This document shows, one piece after another, positions 26,801 to 39,620 of a stretch of 64,000 bases of DNA. How positions within the stretch are numbered: the stretch's first letter is position 1; every line of letters starts with the position of its first letter. Source of the stretch: Chrysomallon squamiferum (Eukaryota; Animalia; Mollusca); NCBI GenBank assembly GCA_012295275.1, contig CM022670.1:24800001-24864000 (forward strand), given 5' to 3'. The translations under genes were made by a program, and so were the position numbers. The notes under the pieces were generated by a model. It was not told where the DNA came from and ran no database searches. It worked only from the letters and a program-made list of their open reading frames with translations.

Positions 26801-29800
26801 AACATTATCATATAGGAATGCTTTGGTTAAGGTGGAAGAGGATTGATTAACAAATAAAAGCACAAATATCTATTTCTCTGTCTGATTTTATTTCCTATGT
26901 TTGCCCCAGTTTTTTCCAACTGTTTTATTACAAACTGGGAAGCTACTTGCCCCTTAGATTTCAGTAGGCATCTCTATTTGTATTCAGTATGTCACTTTTT
27001 GTTAATAAAAATTATTATTATTATTATTATTTATAGTAGTAGTTGTAGTATAATAATAATTATTATAATGATGATGATGATGGTGAAGAAATGAAGTCTA
27101 ACTTGGAGTTTCTTCTTGGAATTCATTGTCAGTGTTAGTGGACTTCTCAACCTGTACTTCATAATCTGTATTTGTTGATTTCTCTATGTTCTGAAAAACA
27201 AAATAAAAACAAAATTGAATCATCAATTAACATTAAACAAGTAACAGTATCCAGCTGTTAAACTTATTAATATATTTATACTGTTTTTATTATCCTCTAT
27301 GTTGATATTTCTCATTCTAAGTATTAGAAGCTCCATATAAAACTTCACTGTCAATTGAAAAAAGTGTTTTGAAATTGTTGTGTTTTTGTTCTCATTCTTA
27401 CACAGAGAGCATATACAAGATATATTATTAAATAAATACTCATTCATAAAGGTATTTCATTTTAAAAATTAATTTTATGCTAATCATGATTTTATTGTAA
27501 AGTTTAGTATAAGATATGTTAGTATGAGATATTCTGCATTGTAACTGTGTGTTATTACTCTGAATTTTGTATTATATATCTATTTTATTCTCAGATTGTG
27601 TAAACCCAAAAAAAACAACTAAATAAAAACAAACTTACTGATTCAGACTTCTGTTGTTTCAGTTTTTCTAGATTTCGAAGACATTCTTCCCTTTGTTTTT
27701 TGAGCTGTGTAGATACAAATTCAGATTTTGTTTGAATAATTTAATATGCATGTATAAGATTACCTAAAACCCAAAATAGTTGTAATTATTTATCTTTAAA
27801 AGATCTAATATTATTTATATGATGAAAAAATAAAAGAAGAATAATAATTTCATTCCCTTCTTCAGAAATTCATAAAGCTTACTCGTTCTCTTTCATTAAA
27901 TTAAGCAATATTATATGAGAAACATTATACATTATGTTTGCTCATTTGTTTGCAAAGCATATAATATTATTTGTTTGTTTATTTATTTATTTGTTATTAT
28001 CTTTTTAAAAAATATTGTTGTATGTGAGTAAAATAGGTTATTTTACTGAATGTTTGTAGAGAACATTATGAAGGAAGAGCACTATGTATGTCTTTTAAAA
28101 GATAGTATTCCTCATCATTATTGTTATTATTTTTAAATATTATCATCATTATTATTATTTTATTCTTAATAGTAGTAATAGTAGTAGTAGTAGTCAAGAG
28201 AGAATTAAAGACAAGAGTAATAATCAAACTCACTTCTTTGTTTTTCTCTTTTCTTTTCTTCAGCTTTTCTCTTGCTTTCTGAAGTTTTCTTTCCAGGTCC
28301 TGCTAAAAGAGAATAATTTTCTTATCATTAATGCAAAAAATATTTGATGTTCAAATGTACAGGTTACAAGCTAACTTTCTTCAGTAATGTTACCTAACAC
28401 CCACACACATTTATTCAGTGACTTTAATTTATGTGTTTGTCTGAATTAAGATTTGTTTTGTCTGCATCCATCTATTTAAAAATCCAGCCTGATTGCATTA
28501 AAGTTATTTTACAAGTTTTTAATTGTGAAGATTGATACATTTATCTGAAGAGCTCTCTAATACCAAAGTAACAATCACTGGAAGGTGGACATAACTCTTT
28601 TAGATAACTCTACCAAATAAAAAGAAAAAAATCAGTGGCAGCTACCTTAAAATGGCAACAGATTAAATGCGGTATTTCCCATACCTTTTATTTGTCACTA
28701 AACAAAACAGATTTTAAGGTAAATAAGGTATCATTTTACCAGTACATACCGTTTCATGATATATTCTGTCTGTGGATTCTGAAAATAGTGAAAGTTAAAT
28801 TATTTAGATTTTATAGATTTATGACCTCCTCTTATAGATGCTAAGAAAATGAATGATCTGAGAAACAAAACTTAACATATGTAAAGTGTTGAGCTAGTTA
28901 TCTTGAAATTGAGATGTTTTTAGTACACACAATGATGAAGTATGTATTGTATTTTAGTAAATGGATAAACATCAAATTTCTTGAATACAAAAATAACTTT
29001 AGCTTAATACATTTAATTTAAAACATGATTCGAAGTCAATGAAGTATATTTTGTTTTCACCCTGTAATCATTATAATTATGTAGTTGTTAATTCTAAAAA
29101 TAATTTAATATTACCTTCACTTATTGGAGGTGTGGGATTTGACGGCCTGTGATAAGAAAACAAAAAAAAAGAAAACAAAAACAATTAATCACAGCCAAGC
29201 ATGATAAGCATGAAACAGGAAATAAGACAACACCAATGCATGAATGAAGATTAGGATATCAGATTGTGAATTTTTAATATATATATATTTTTTAATAAAA
29301 ACAAGAAACAGATAGAGACACAGATATACAAAGATACAGACAGAGAGATAAACATACAGATGAATGGATTGATGGATCAAAAGACAGAAAGACAGACAGA
29401 GAGATTACAAAATGAAAAATATATGGATAAAGACAGAGTGATATAATTAACATATTGTTATATGTATTAGTATAAAAAACAATTAAAAAAAACAAGAACA
29501 ATAATGACCTGTATAATAATTCATTTTCTTTCTGCATTCGAATTATGTATCTAACTGTAAACCTGTATCTCTCTGCACTTATTTTTACCAAATTCTTTCT
29601 CATTGTTGTCACCTATAAATAAATCAAATTATTAATTTGGTACATAAATGTTTAGTATCTGACACTCTTTTTCAATTCTATTTAAAAATGATAACATAGC
29701 TTAAGAGTTAAAAATAAATTCGAAAATTCTGAATACAGGAACAGTGTAAAATAACAGAAAAAGGGTCACCATAATTGTGATGGATATTACTAACAAGACA

Positions 29801-31309
29801 TCAGAAGTTTTATTATAATTTATTAAGGAAGAAAAAGGAAATGTCAGTCAATAAAAAAAAAAGTATGAAATGACCATGTACTTCTCTCATTCTATATACT
29901 AAATATGTCTGAAACAATTAATTTAATAATTTAACAATTTAAAGTGCTTTAAAAATATTAGATCATAAAACATTATTATTACTGTTAAAAATACAGACTT
30001 CTTTTTACATTACAGATCTATAGTATACATAATCTTACTAAACATTTGTTAATATTATTCTTTATAAAAGAAATAACAAAAACAAAACAACCTCATCACC
30101 AAAAAACCCAATAAGGTATTAATGATAATGATGATGATGTTAATGATGGTGATAACAATTACAGCTATAATAATATTTAACTGGAGCAAGTATTTACCTT
30201 TTGTTTGTTGTAGAGTACAACGGTGTAAAATTCTGGGTGTTCAAGGCAAGGTGTGACCTGAACAGTTCCTGGTACAAAACACTCAATTTCTGAGTCTGTG
30301 ATGTCTTTCTCTAGAGTGAGTACTCTGACAAGCACACAGTCTCCTCGCTGTAATCACAAGTTGTTTTTTACAAGTCAATTAGTTTATCTAATACAGCACA
30401 TTTCTTTAGTTCTGTGAGTGTATTCATTCTTCACATTACTATGTGTATGCGTGTATGCGTGTGTGTGTGTGTGCTCAAGTATGTGTTTATGTATGTGTGT
30501 GTGTGTGTGTTAGATGAAAAAAAGATATATGATTCTTCTGTAAATGTGTCTATGTGATTCTTTTAATATCATTCTTTTTAGGAAAAAACAGAAAGTAACT
30601 GCAAACCATTCCTATTATTATATTTACAAGCATGTATTTCTTTATGTTAAGACATTCATGAAAATAATCAACTCATGCATTAACTTACATGCAGTGTTGG
30701 GACAGCCACAGCACCAATAATGGGAATGATAAACCTGGTCGGTACTTCAGTTTCTGTGTCGCTGCCTGTGAATATTATGTATGCATACCGTGGTGTGGGA
30801 CAGCTCTTGACAACACCTGACAATAAAAATCTTTAGACTGAAATCATGTGTTGAAATTATACAGAAACACACAGACATTAAGAAATATCCATACACAACT
30901 AAATACACATGAAACACAAATACATGGACATATGTACAAACACACAGACACAAATTTAGATATCTTTATTAATATTAATATATCTGCATCTATATGTATT
31001 TATTATTTTTATTGTTGTTGTTACTATTATCATTATTATTACTGTTGTTATTTTTTTTATTCTTTCTTTCTTTCCAGTAAAACCTAAGAGTCTTAACTGT
31101 TTCTCAAGATATTTTAAGACAGGTAAATATATATGTGGTTACTATTTATTTATTAACTTTTGTATAATTAAGATTTAATTAATATAAGATTAAAAACAAA
31201 AGCTGTTACCAGGATAATACTGGCCATCTTCTTTGTTTCGTGCAATTACTTTTAGATTTCTAAATGCCTGCTGCTCAGCTGGGATGTTCTTGTTGTTGTC
31301 TCTTGTTCT
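23832..31309 (-). CDS. VWA3B: VWA3B proximal 3' exon cassette (copy B): 14 exons, 532 aa, three DUF4537/Tudor-like modules plus a charged coiled-coil-like linker
   Basis: Exons 31210-31309, 30689-30816, 30198-30347, 29509-29612, 29115-29146, 28750-28778, 28234-28302, 27639-27704, 27103-27190, 26653-26754, 25944-26065, 25178-25436, 24369-24615, 23832-23934. They sum to 1599 nt and read open to TAA (..AKAYFLSRHARQ*). The first acceptor is phase 0, matching the exon-23 donor GAG|GTCAGT at 35817. Confidence 0.85.
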
Positions 31310-34300
31310 CTGAAACACAAAATAAAGTAAATAATTTAACTGTTTAATTAAAAAGACATATTCCGATGTTAAATAAAATGTGGGTCTCTGAATACATCTG
31401 AGAATTAAAAAAATAAATTTAATGAAATAAAAGCTAATAAATATACAATACATTTTTTAATTGTGAAATTATTATATGTGCATTTTTCAGGTTTCTTTTA
31501 TTGTTTAGTGTAGATCTTGAAACTAAAACTAGAAAATGAAATGTTAAGAATGTTGACAATGGCCAAAAGAACAACAATAACAACTAAAAACAAAGAAACA
31601 GTGATAACTACAAAATAAAGATACCAACCATTTTAGATTTCAGATCTAAAGGGGTCAAAAACACCATCATGGCTTAAACATTATATAATATATACAGGGT
31701 GTCCCAGAAGTCGCGCACCATATACATGTATATAATATTTTATTTTTTTTATATTTTTTATTATATTATATCCTGAATCAGACTTTTCCTGACAGATGGA
31801 TTGGGCGAAGAGGTCCTGTGGAGTGGCCACCTCGATCACCAGATCTGTCACCTCTTGACTATTTTCTTTGGGAACATCTTAAATCTGTTGTTTACCAGAA
31901 TCGTCCACGAACTCTTAATGATTTGAAAGATGCAATAACAATTGAATGTCAAAAAATTAGTAGCGAAACCCTCAACAGAGTAAAAAACAGTATGTATCAA
32001 TGCAGAGGGCAAGCAATTTGAGCATTTGTTGTGATTATTATTAATAATTTTTTTATTCATATGTATCTAAATAAAAATCTTCATGGTGCGTGACTTCTGG
32101 GACACCCTGTATAGGTGTAACATAATCAAACTACACATTTAAACTTATACACTGTACAGTTTATGGTAATATTCAAGTTACCAAAAACACTAGTTTTATT
32201 CCCAGTTCATTCTCTGCCTGTCTGCTTTTTTTTTTAACCACTGCGGTTTCATTCTTTACATTGTCAGACTGTTATGATAACCCTTTTTTAAAATACTTGA
32301 TGTCTTGAAATTAAATTCAATCAATAAGGGGATTATAACTTTACATATTGATGAAGACATGTTTTGCATGCCAGACAAACATGAGCTTTGTTGTATTGTG
32401 GTACCCAGCAGTCATAGTGAACAGTTTTGTATAGAATTAAACCAGTTGAATGATTGCTGGATTTACTATACAAAGATCAGCCCTGATCAGTGCATTATCA
32501 CAGGCTATCACCCACTGAAGAAAGTATACATGGCCATTGTTTCAATTCTCCTTGCTGTTTATCTTGAACTAATTCCCATTCTAACCCATGCTACTTGTCT
32601 GGTTTATGAAACTGTACTGTGCGTGCTTTCCTTCTTAATCCACTGCTCTGATGGTAATTTTCCTGTCTGATGTAATCACTGAAGATTCCATAAATGAATG
32701 TTTATTAGCATATTTTATCAAGAACATGTGAGCTAATTACCTATGACAGATTCAGTGATAATCCTATAGTCTGAGATATAAGTCTGCATATAGCACTAAA
32801 TAAACAGTTGTAACATAAATTGGATCTAACACTGAAAAAAGTGTAATGCTTAATTACTTCAAATAATATCTGGATAATATATTAAAAAACAAAAAGGTTC
32901 CAAAAATAACATTTTTATTTGTATTTTTGATTTTATTATTTTTGTCTTCATAATTTGGCAAGATGGGTAACTTTTAAATAAGAACATGCTTATGGTGAAG
33001 TTACCTACAGTAAATAAATAAGTACGACTACTACTACAATAGCAGTGACAATGACCGTGATCATGAAGATGATAATGATAAATTTTATTATTTTACCATA
33101 CATGGATTAATGTAAAATTTCAGTAAAGGCAAATTTTATTATTTCTAAAATAAGTTTTATATCCTTTTGCCAGTTCACTATTTTTTTATTTTTTTTTATC
33201 AGCCTCATTTAAATTATATTTTATTGTTATTTATAATTATAATGAATTCTTTTTTTTCTAATATATGTGATATTTTTCAAGTATAGAAATAAAAAATTAA
33301 AAAATCCTTGTTTTCCAAAATATGATCTATATTAAATCTGTAAAATGTAAAGAAAAATAAATATAATTGTATGTGTACAATACACAAAGACATAATGCAG
33401 TCAACTATTCATCATTTTATTATTCCAACACCCAAAGCATAATACAATGCAAATAACAATAATAAACATAGCTTTTTTATTTAATACTGTAATAATATAA
33501 AAGTGAAAAACAGTTTATAAATTTTTTATTAAAAAACTTTTATATCACAGGCAACAGGTGATTAAGGAGATGGTCTTATAATTTTATAATGCACAAAATA
33601 ATCAGAATTTTTTTAAAGCTCCAAAAACCACAAAATCTAAATATATTTGATTGTTATTTACAATAAAAATAGAAAAATGGAAGAAAAAGACAATAAATAC
33701 ATGAATACGTAAAAACTATAATGTTCAAAAAAGCTTTGTAATGATATACATTTCTTGGCAACAAAATTGCCTTATATAATAATAAAAATAACAAAGGTCT
33801 AAATCTATTAAACAAGTAATTTCAGAATCAGTTCTAATCCATCAAGATTTGTTTCAGCTATTGTGTTTGTTTTAAATGTCCTCAGCTTTTTGACATTAGA
33901 CAAATTAGGATATTTTTAAATTTAAACTTCTCTATAATCATTATAATTTATAAAATACTGTTTAAATACTGCTGAAGATTTAAACAATACTGTTTCATAA
34001 TAATAGCATTTAGTTATTGTTACAGAAGTGTGAAATTAAATTATGGTGACAAAATATTAATGTCAAAAAAATATATATCTAAATTTGTCAGTGAGGCTAC
34101 ACATACAGTTCATAATTAAATCAATATATTTTTAAACTTATTTGGTGATACATAGAAATGACATAAAGACAAGCTACTGTTTTATATGTTTATAATGACA
34201 TATCTTAATTAACAGTAAGGGATAATGATAAAACAGAACCTCATAAAATATTTGAATATAAACATTTTTATGTTTTCATTATTTATTGGCAATAATGGCC

Positions 34301-36602
34301 ACTAGAGTACATGTAAAACAGTAAATCTGTATTATGTAAAAAGTATTCAGGTGATTAGATGATGCTACCGAAGGTGCATTCTTAAAAGGAGAATACTGCT
34401 AGGTATTATGACTAGGAACATGAAGAATATGTATCAGTAAAACAGACAAACTCTCAGAGATCATGTACTAACAAATATATAAAAATACAATACCAAACCT
34501 ACCTCTCTAGATATAAAAGTATAAAGTAAAATAAATAAAATCTTCAAATAAATAATTAAAATTTTTAATCTTTTTACTAACATTATTAGGATGATATGCA
34601 GATATGAAACATATAAAAAGAAAAGAATTATCCAACACAAATGTCTATTCCATTGCTTTATTCTTGCAGACAATAATTATAAAGGAAGGAAAATACCACA
34701 TTTTAAGATTTTAAAAACAAACATTGAACAATAAAATTTTGTGCATTTTATGAAATAAAGATATATCCATTTGGAGTTGAAGTGATTTCATTATATATTT
34801 AGTCCAAATCATAATATTTACAATAATAAAAATAAGAAAGGAACATACAAATAAAAACAAACAAAAGCTGTAATTATTAAATTAAAACTACAAATAAAAA
34901 AACTTTAAAAAAGTCAGTTTGTTTTTATTGACAACAATTTGGAAATAACACACATAAAAAAAGTATTCTTTAGAAATAACACAACAAACATTACATGTAG
35001 ATGAAAAGCATTAAAAAAATTATATCACAACATCTTTGAAAGAAAGTGCCACACAATTCTACATGCAAAATGTCTATATCTCTAATTAGAAAAGTATGGT
35101 TTTCTAATCTACATGAATTCAACATAAATGTGCATGGTGATACATTTAAATTAAGAAAAATTACTGACTTCTGCAGGTGAAATATTGAGACAGAAAATCC
35201 TGGCAACAGGTAATTACATTCACTTAATTAATTAGTAGCTTGATGACTTAAATTCTGTTAACATATTGTCTTTAATCTACTACAAATTTTCCTTTCAAAT
35301 TTAAAAACCTTTCAGACCCATTTACCCTTATTTTCAAAGACTATTTTTAAAAACATGGAAAATAAGTGAAAATTAAATAGAATTTGCATTGTTTTATTTT
35401 ATTATTCAAGATAAAAGAAAAGGAAAAAAATTAAAATTAACAGAATTAACAAATTCCAATGGAAATATGTGAAAAGTTAAAATTCTAACAAAGAGGAAAA
35501 TTATTGAAAAAGTTAATCCAACATATTATTAATTCCATTTATTTTTGCATGCTTTCAACAAAATTAAATCACAAGATTTAGTTACGTTTGAAACAAAGAG
35601 AAAGGTCAAATCAGCAGATTTGTAATTGCAGTTAGTCACTGTGATTAGCCAAATCTGGAGGCAGTGTGAGAAAATGATTAAATCAAAACTACTACACTTT
35701 CAAATTCTGTTTAGACATAGCTTAATTTTCATACAGACAAACAAAAGCTCAAAATTGTTAAGGTTAAATTTTATCTGTATTTCACTGCAGTGCATGTAAA
35801 ATTATGTGACACTGACCTCAGATTCCCTTGATGATCTCAGCTGTGAGACTGGTGTCACACTGCCTTCATCATCTGCACACTCTTCTGCTGCTTCTTTGCG
35901 AAGATCCTTTGACTGCTGGAGAAATGTGTACGCTCGACCAATTTCTTCTTCCATCAATGTTATTTCCTTCCGTCTGATTGGCCAGTTTGCCTCTTCCAAA
36001 GCCTTCAGCATGTATTCTCGGTTATTTAAGAAAGACACTGGTCCTTGGTTGTCAAATCTGTAATGTGAGAGAAAGCTGTTAGTGTTATATATCACTGCCC
36101 GTATGTTAGTAATGTAATGGAATATCTTACCTGATGAATATAATTCTAATATTTTTTTTTAAGTTTATTTCACTGTTGTTGTTTTGTTCATAATTTCTGC
36201 TGGATTTTTTTTTTTAAGATACGGAAGATATTTGAACAGAAAAAGGATTTAAAAATAGCAACAGAAGTAAAAGAAAAAGGAGAAAGAGAATAAAACTATG
36301 TAACCGTAGGCAATAATAACAGTAAAGAGAATTAGTACACAGTCTGTGTTAAACTATTCAAGACGGGTCATTATTAATCATTATTTTATCAATAAATATA
36401 ACTAATTACTGTAGATAAACATCTACATCTATCATTCAGAAAACAGTACACCTACTCATTTTTTGGCAGATTCTGGTAAAACATCCCAGACAATCTTATC
36501 TAGTCTCCTGTAAAAGAAAATAAAATTAAAATATAAAAAAATGTAATTTGCTTAAAATTTACACACATGCAGACAGTTTATTTGCTGGACAGTATTCTAT
36601 CA

Positions 36603-36633
<31 letters not shown>

Positions 36634-39570
36634 TTTTTTCGAAACATGTTAACAGGTGAACTGCCATAGAGAATTCAGAGGAATCTACTTTTCCATCACA
36701 TATTTTGCTTGCATGTTAATACAATGCACATATTCAGGCTTTTAGGAAAATAAATTAAGAATACTATTAGCAGAATATTTGTAAGAGTTTTCAATGATTT
36801 TCAAGTTAGATATTTGTATGAGCTGTCAGTGATATTTCCTTCAGTTATCTGAAATATTGTTAATGATATTTCAGTCAGGTATTTGTACTGTTTTCAGCGA
36901 TACATTTCATTCATTTACTTGGCAGTTGCATTTTGATATTTCAGTCAGTTATTTTGTAAGAATTTTCAGCAGTATTTCAGTTATTTGTAAAAGTTGTCAG
37001 TGATATTTCATTCTGCTATTTGAAAGTTTTCAATATTATTCCAGTTATTTGTCAATAATATTTCAGTCAGTTATTTGTAAGAGTTGTCAATGACATTTCA
37101 CTTATTTGTAAGATCATTCTTTATATCCATAGTTCTTGTAAGTGTTTTCAATGATATCTGTGTTTAAACAAGCAGATATTATTAAATTACCTCTGATACA
37201 AAGCAATGGCTTTCTCCAATCTTTTTTCATACAGTTCCAGATTAACAGCATTTGGATTGACAAGCCTTATCTCATTTCTCTTTCTGCCTGACACATGAGC
37301 AAGTGGTAGTATCTACAAAACAAAAGCACTGTTACTTTTTGTTCAACAAGCCACACTAAGAAGCCATCTGAATGTGTTAGAACATGAATAAAAACTAACA
37401 TATTTATTAAAAAAAAAACTGATAAATCAAACTAATGAGGTTATATATGAATAAAACTGTATAAGAGATATTATTATTACACATCTTTAGGAAACCAAAA
37501 TTCTGATAATAAATATTTGAAATGAAGAAACAGTCCTTCCATATTCATCAGAATACATTTTACAAAGAAAGAAGAAGAAGAAAAAAGACAAAAATAATTA
37601 AGATTATTTAATTATTTTACTAAATGTATTTTTTAACTAAAATGACAAATGTTTCTGGTTTAAGGTTTTTACAAGAAACTGGATTTCTAATAAACTTCTA
37701 GAATATTTTACCTCATCAAAGACTCTGGCTAATACATGTTTGTCTAGAATAGGTACATAAGTAGCTTTATGTGGAACTAGACTAGGAGACAGGGCATCGA
37801 GAATAGTGAGTCTCTTAGCAATCAAACCATTCTTTGCTAGCCACTTCTTTGACGATACGTCATTGGCCCTGAAATGAGAAAGAGCTCTTATCAATCAAAT
37901 AACAAAGCAGAATAGAAACGTTCAAGAGGAAAGCTATAAAATAACAATAAAAATAACAATATAAATGTCCCCTACAAAAAAAAAAAAAAAGATTAAATCA
38001 AAAGTGAAAAAAAAAAGAAAATGAAAGAAATTTGAAAAATAAATAAATAAAATCACAACAATAAATAAAATAATTAACAAAATAAAATTCATAATGAAAT
38101 TAATTAAAGAAAGAAAGAAATAAAAAAAAATATGTAAAGGCATAATAATAATAATTATAATTTAATATTAAGAAATGTACATTTTCTGTTTATTTATATT
38201 GAAAAGAAATAGTATTACAATTTAATTCAAACAGCATTTAATATGTGATTATATTCATTATAAGTAAATATTTGCTGTTACCTACTGAACAATCATATAC
38301 TTTTATTATACCTCAATAAACATATGTTTATGATTCTCTGGTTAGCATTTCTTCTATCATCATCTGAAAGAAAGAAAAACTATTATCAAAAAGAAAATAT
38401 TTTTAACAAACAGTTCTGAATTCTAAGAAAGAAAAAAAAATATTAAAATGCAACATTTATATAAATTATTAAACAAGAAATTAAAATAACTACACAAAAA
38501 GGATTCATTTACTGCTTTCAGTTTCATTGTTCATTATAAACTTGTTGGTTACTATCCATATATACATACTTAAGTATAATAACAAATGAAACATTATACA
38601 AATTTTCTGTTAATTAATATTTATTACAAACTTCATTTTGAAACTGTCTAACTGACATGTATATATACATATTTTGTTTCAACAATACTTCACTGGCTGG
38701 AATTTAATTTATATTCTTTGTTTATTTCATATACTCGGCAACATTTCTGAAAGATTATTATAACTGCAGTCTTAAGGTTAGTGAAATGCTGTGATACGTG
38801 GTTTATTGTCTGCGTTGTAATCAGTTAAATATGTTATGCAGTCAATAACATGCTGTAAATGCAACACAGCAGAAATGTAATATACAGATTATATACAGAT
38901 ATATGTATATTTCACACTTATTTGCAAATTGCACCATTTTAAAGCATCTATATTCTTTTGTTCTTTGTTTACTTTGGACTTGTTAAAGAACAGCAACAAT
39001 GTAAAACAAAATGCATTTTATATAAATAAACCATATTTAAACCATCGATACATAAAGCTAAAGAAAACTAAGATAACTGTTTACCTATGACTCAAATGAA
39101 AAGTGAAGTGCTGTTTAAATTAAAAATTTAATTCTTACATAAAAGTACAATTCTCTACAATCTTATATATATATATATATATATTAAAAACCTATATTGA
39201 TGAATGGTACATGCTGTGATTGTTGTGAAAATGTTCTGTATGTAAAATTTCTATCAAATAGTAACTATTTCACTGCAACAGAAGCTCATTGTCACACACA
39301 ATAATTATTTACTGTTAGTGCCTCATCATAAAAAATAAAACAAGTTTTCTAATGCAGCCAGAAAAAAAAAAAAAAAAAATTAGAAAGGAATTATTATTTG
39401 TTGCAGTATTAATGTATTGTGGAAAAGTAGTTAATCTACCAGCTGGTTTTATTTTCGGTGACAGGTGTAATTCTTCTAAAACTGAAACAAAGTTTTATTA
39501 CATCATTAAAATAATAATAATAATAATCATATAAATAACCTCAAACCATCTATATTCTATTTATGAGTAA

Positions 39571-39620
<50 letters not shown>

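Larger units (their letters stand above)
20714..33337. repeat. Tandem segmental duplication, proximal copy B (~12.6 kb)
   Basis: Directly abuts copy A at ~20700-20714 in the same orientation. Its right boundary lies inside VWA3B intron 23. Confidence 0.93.

Noticed and set aside
9712-31309. Two independent C11orf16-like genes
   Set aside because: Neither block has a start exon. The first exon of each continues the VWA3B sequence (KVIAR..GxYYPG) in phase with exon 23.
32305-32670. 121-aa plus-strand ORF in intron 23
   Set aside because: It has a TTG start and no recognisable motif, and the paralogous sequence (~19195-19533) has a 1-nt deletion and a stop.
6310-33337. Duplication as a false haplotype duplication from assembly
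   Set aside because: The copies differ by whole exons, kilobase-scale insertions, a transposon and dense amino-acid changes, and they join at a clean head-to-tail junction. This is more than expected for alleles, although only spanning long reads can exclude it fully.
36454-36460. Non-canonical AT donor (AA|ATGAGT) rescuing the exon-22 frame as a U12 intron
   Set aside because: It lacks the U12 ATATCCT consensus and the acceptor is AG. The one-base homopolymer explanation with the GTAGGT donor is simpler.
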